A DNA stretch of 64,000 nucleotides, taken from contig JARDVH010000132.1 of assembly GCA_030324005.1 (NCBI GenBank), forward strand, positions 73,930,919-73,994,918, written 5' to 3'. Numbering within the stretch: position 1 is the first letter of the stretch; every line of letters begins with the position of its first letter. Below the pieces are notes generated by a model. The model was not told the origin of the DNA, searched no databases, and was given only the letters and a program-made list of their open reading frames with translations. The position numbers and the translations under genes were made by a program. This DNA comes from Negaprion brevirostris (taxonomy: Eukaryota). Positions 62,276 through 64,000 of this stretch are shown in pieces.

Positions 62276-64000
62276 CCCGCCTCAGTCTAATGTCGACATC
62301 TCCACTTGAAGATCACTATGGTAGAAAGGTTCTGTACAAGAGGACAATTTCAAGCCAAAGTGGGTAACATGTAGCACGGTAAACTGTGCTGCATGTCCCC
62401 AAATCATCCATCAGTAAAAATGGAAGTGGTGAAAAAACACCTATTTTTTGACACACACCAGTTTGCCTGAAAGGCCGAATGCTTCCAATTTTTCTGATTA
62501 ATTTCTCACAAAAGTAGACCTTGTATTTCTCACAAAAGCAGACCTTGTAGTTCCTCACCATCTAGCTTTGGGTATTGAATCCTGACCTTTCCAGACTAGA
62601 GGTTCAGGTGCTAACTAAGTGCGTCCTTATGGTGATCCATATCCAATCTCTCGAAACCACCCACAATCTCTTCAGGATCTTTCCCTAGATATTTTGCTTC
62701 TGGGGTTAGAGTCTCATTCACAGCATCCCAGATAACTTAATTTGGGACCTTCCAATAATAAATACAAGAAAAATTATTGCAGTAGCACCAATCATGGCAT
62801 TATTAAAACTAAGGAAATACTATAAGTTAAATAAATATAGATTGATGGTTTTCTAGTGGATCGACTGAAAGCTTGTACTAGCATTTTAATTTTAGCCACT
62901 TCATCCAAACATNNNNNNNNNNNNNNNNNNNNNNTTAAGTCTGTTTTTCATTGTGATTTTCTGTCTGTACATTTTTAGTTACATTTAAAATTAACTAATT
63001 TGCTTTCAGTCAAGGAGAAAAAGCTTCACCTAAATCCACACAGAAGAAAAAGTGGAATCTATCCCCAAAAAGAAATATCCACATTGCCTGTGTTTTTAAT
63101 TCAGTTCTAATTATATGTTACCAACTTGAAATAATTCATCACTGTTTCACCGTCCAATGACAAACCTGATTAGATGGGTCAGATGGTAAATCACAGCGCA
63201 TTGAAACGTATCTACATGCATACCTCAGAAAGTAGACAGGCCATTTAAATTATACATACCCTCCAAACCTGCACAGTGAACACTAAATCATCGACATGCA
63301 ACAGAGCACAAGTTACACAGGCTCCACCTGCCACTGGAAAATCACTATTCATGGGAGCCCCTTCTACATAAACTTTACTCCCTTTAAAGTACACACCTAT
63401 TGGATTAAACACAGCAGGATTTTTTAAAAAGGGAGAAGTTTGATGAAACTGAATGCGCATTGTGATTTACTGGATCCATGCCATTATATATTCAACACTA
63501 ACCCTTGTCGAAACTATCAGTGCCCGGGTAAAGTAAACAGAAAATAGCTCAGCGCCATGTAAGGCACTTCAAGACTTCCTCCAAGTAAACAGGACATTTA
63601 GGAAAAAATGATGAGATTGTACAATATTTATTTCATTGTAATGTTTACATTCCTAAAGTGCCTCCTATTCAAAACAAGCACACAACAGTCACACAAATAC
63701 AAGACCCGAAAGCACACAAAAGGCAGAATAAGACAACATTAAATCTGGGTTTTTTTAACTTGCTCAAGAGATTTAAAATGTGTAGTCACTTCCTTCCAGA
63801 TAAGTATCAAGTTTGAAGCACATTGTTTTGACGCCATATTTCCTGTTGAAAGCAGATTACCAGATCCAGGAGTGGTAAACAATTGTGAAGACAGTAACTT
63901 GAAGTGGTCAAATTTATGTAATTGGCTTTGGGGACATGAGTCATTAGCAATTCTGTATTCATGTAGATGATTGATTTGTTCAATTCCATGACAAGTAGTT

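Noticed and set aside
62501-62558. 24-bp tandem duplication (also small duplications at 24822-24876 and 45853-45912)
   Set aside because: Ordinary local slippage duplications with no further structure.
63807-63989. ORF containing SIIYM as the next upstream ETV1 exon (expected ..CHSIYMRQEG..)
   Set aside because: The surrounding residues and splice sites do not match, so that exon probably lies beyond the window.

Overview
Vertebrate genomic DNA, most likely a shark (inferred from HE1/V-SINE and Deu-SINE-like repeats), with many assembly gaps. The only host gene is the 3' half of ETV1 (ER81, PEA3-subfamily ETS factor) on the minus strand. It has four coding exons (61397-61465, 51302-51471, 36373-36474, 30130-30351), all with canonical splice sites and compatible phases, followed by a probable multi-kb 3' UTR. 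The rest is intron or intergenic DNA dominated by decayed transposons. These include an ~8.4-kb PIF/Harbinger element (12801-21218) with nested insertions and many Harbinger-type MITEs. Also present are CR1, L2, Rex1 and L1 LINE fragments, V-SINEs with two alternative tails, and Penelope-like ends carrying minimal hammerhead ribozymes. The most unusual system is a LINE family whose 5' end is a tRNA-like Pol III (A/B-box) SINE head fused directly to the endonuclease ORF, with no ORF1. It is seen in two independent copies, together with a short body+tail derivative. Exon coordinates are exact. Repeat boundaries are approximate and family names come from recall of consensus motifs, not from a database search.
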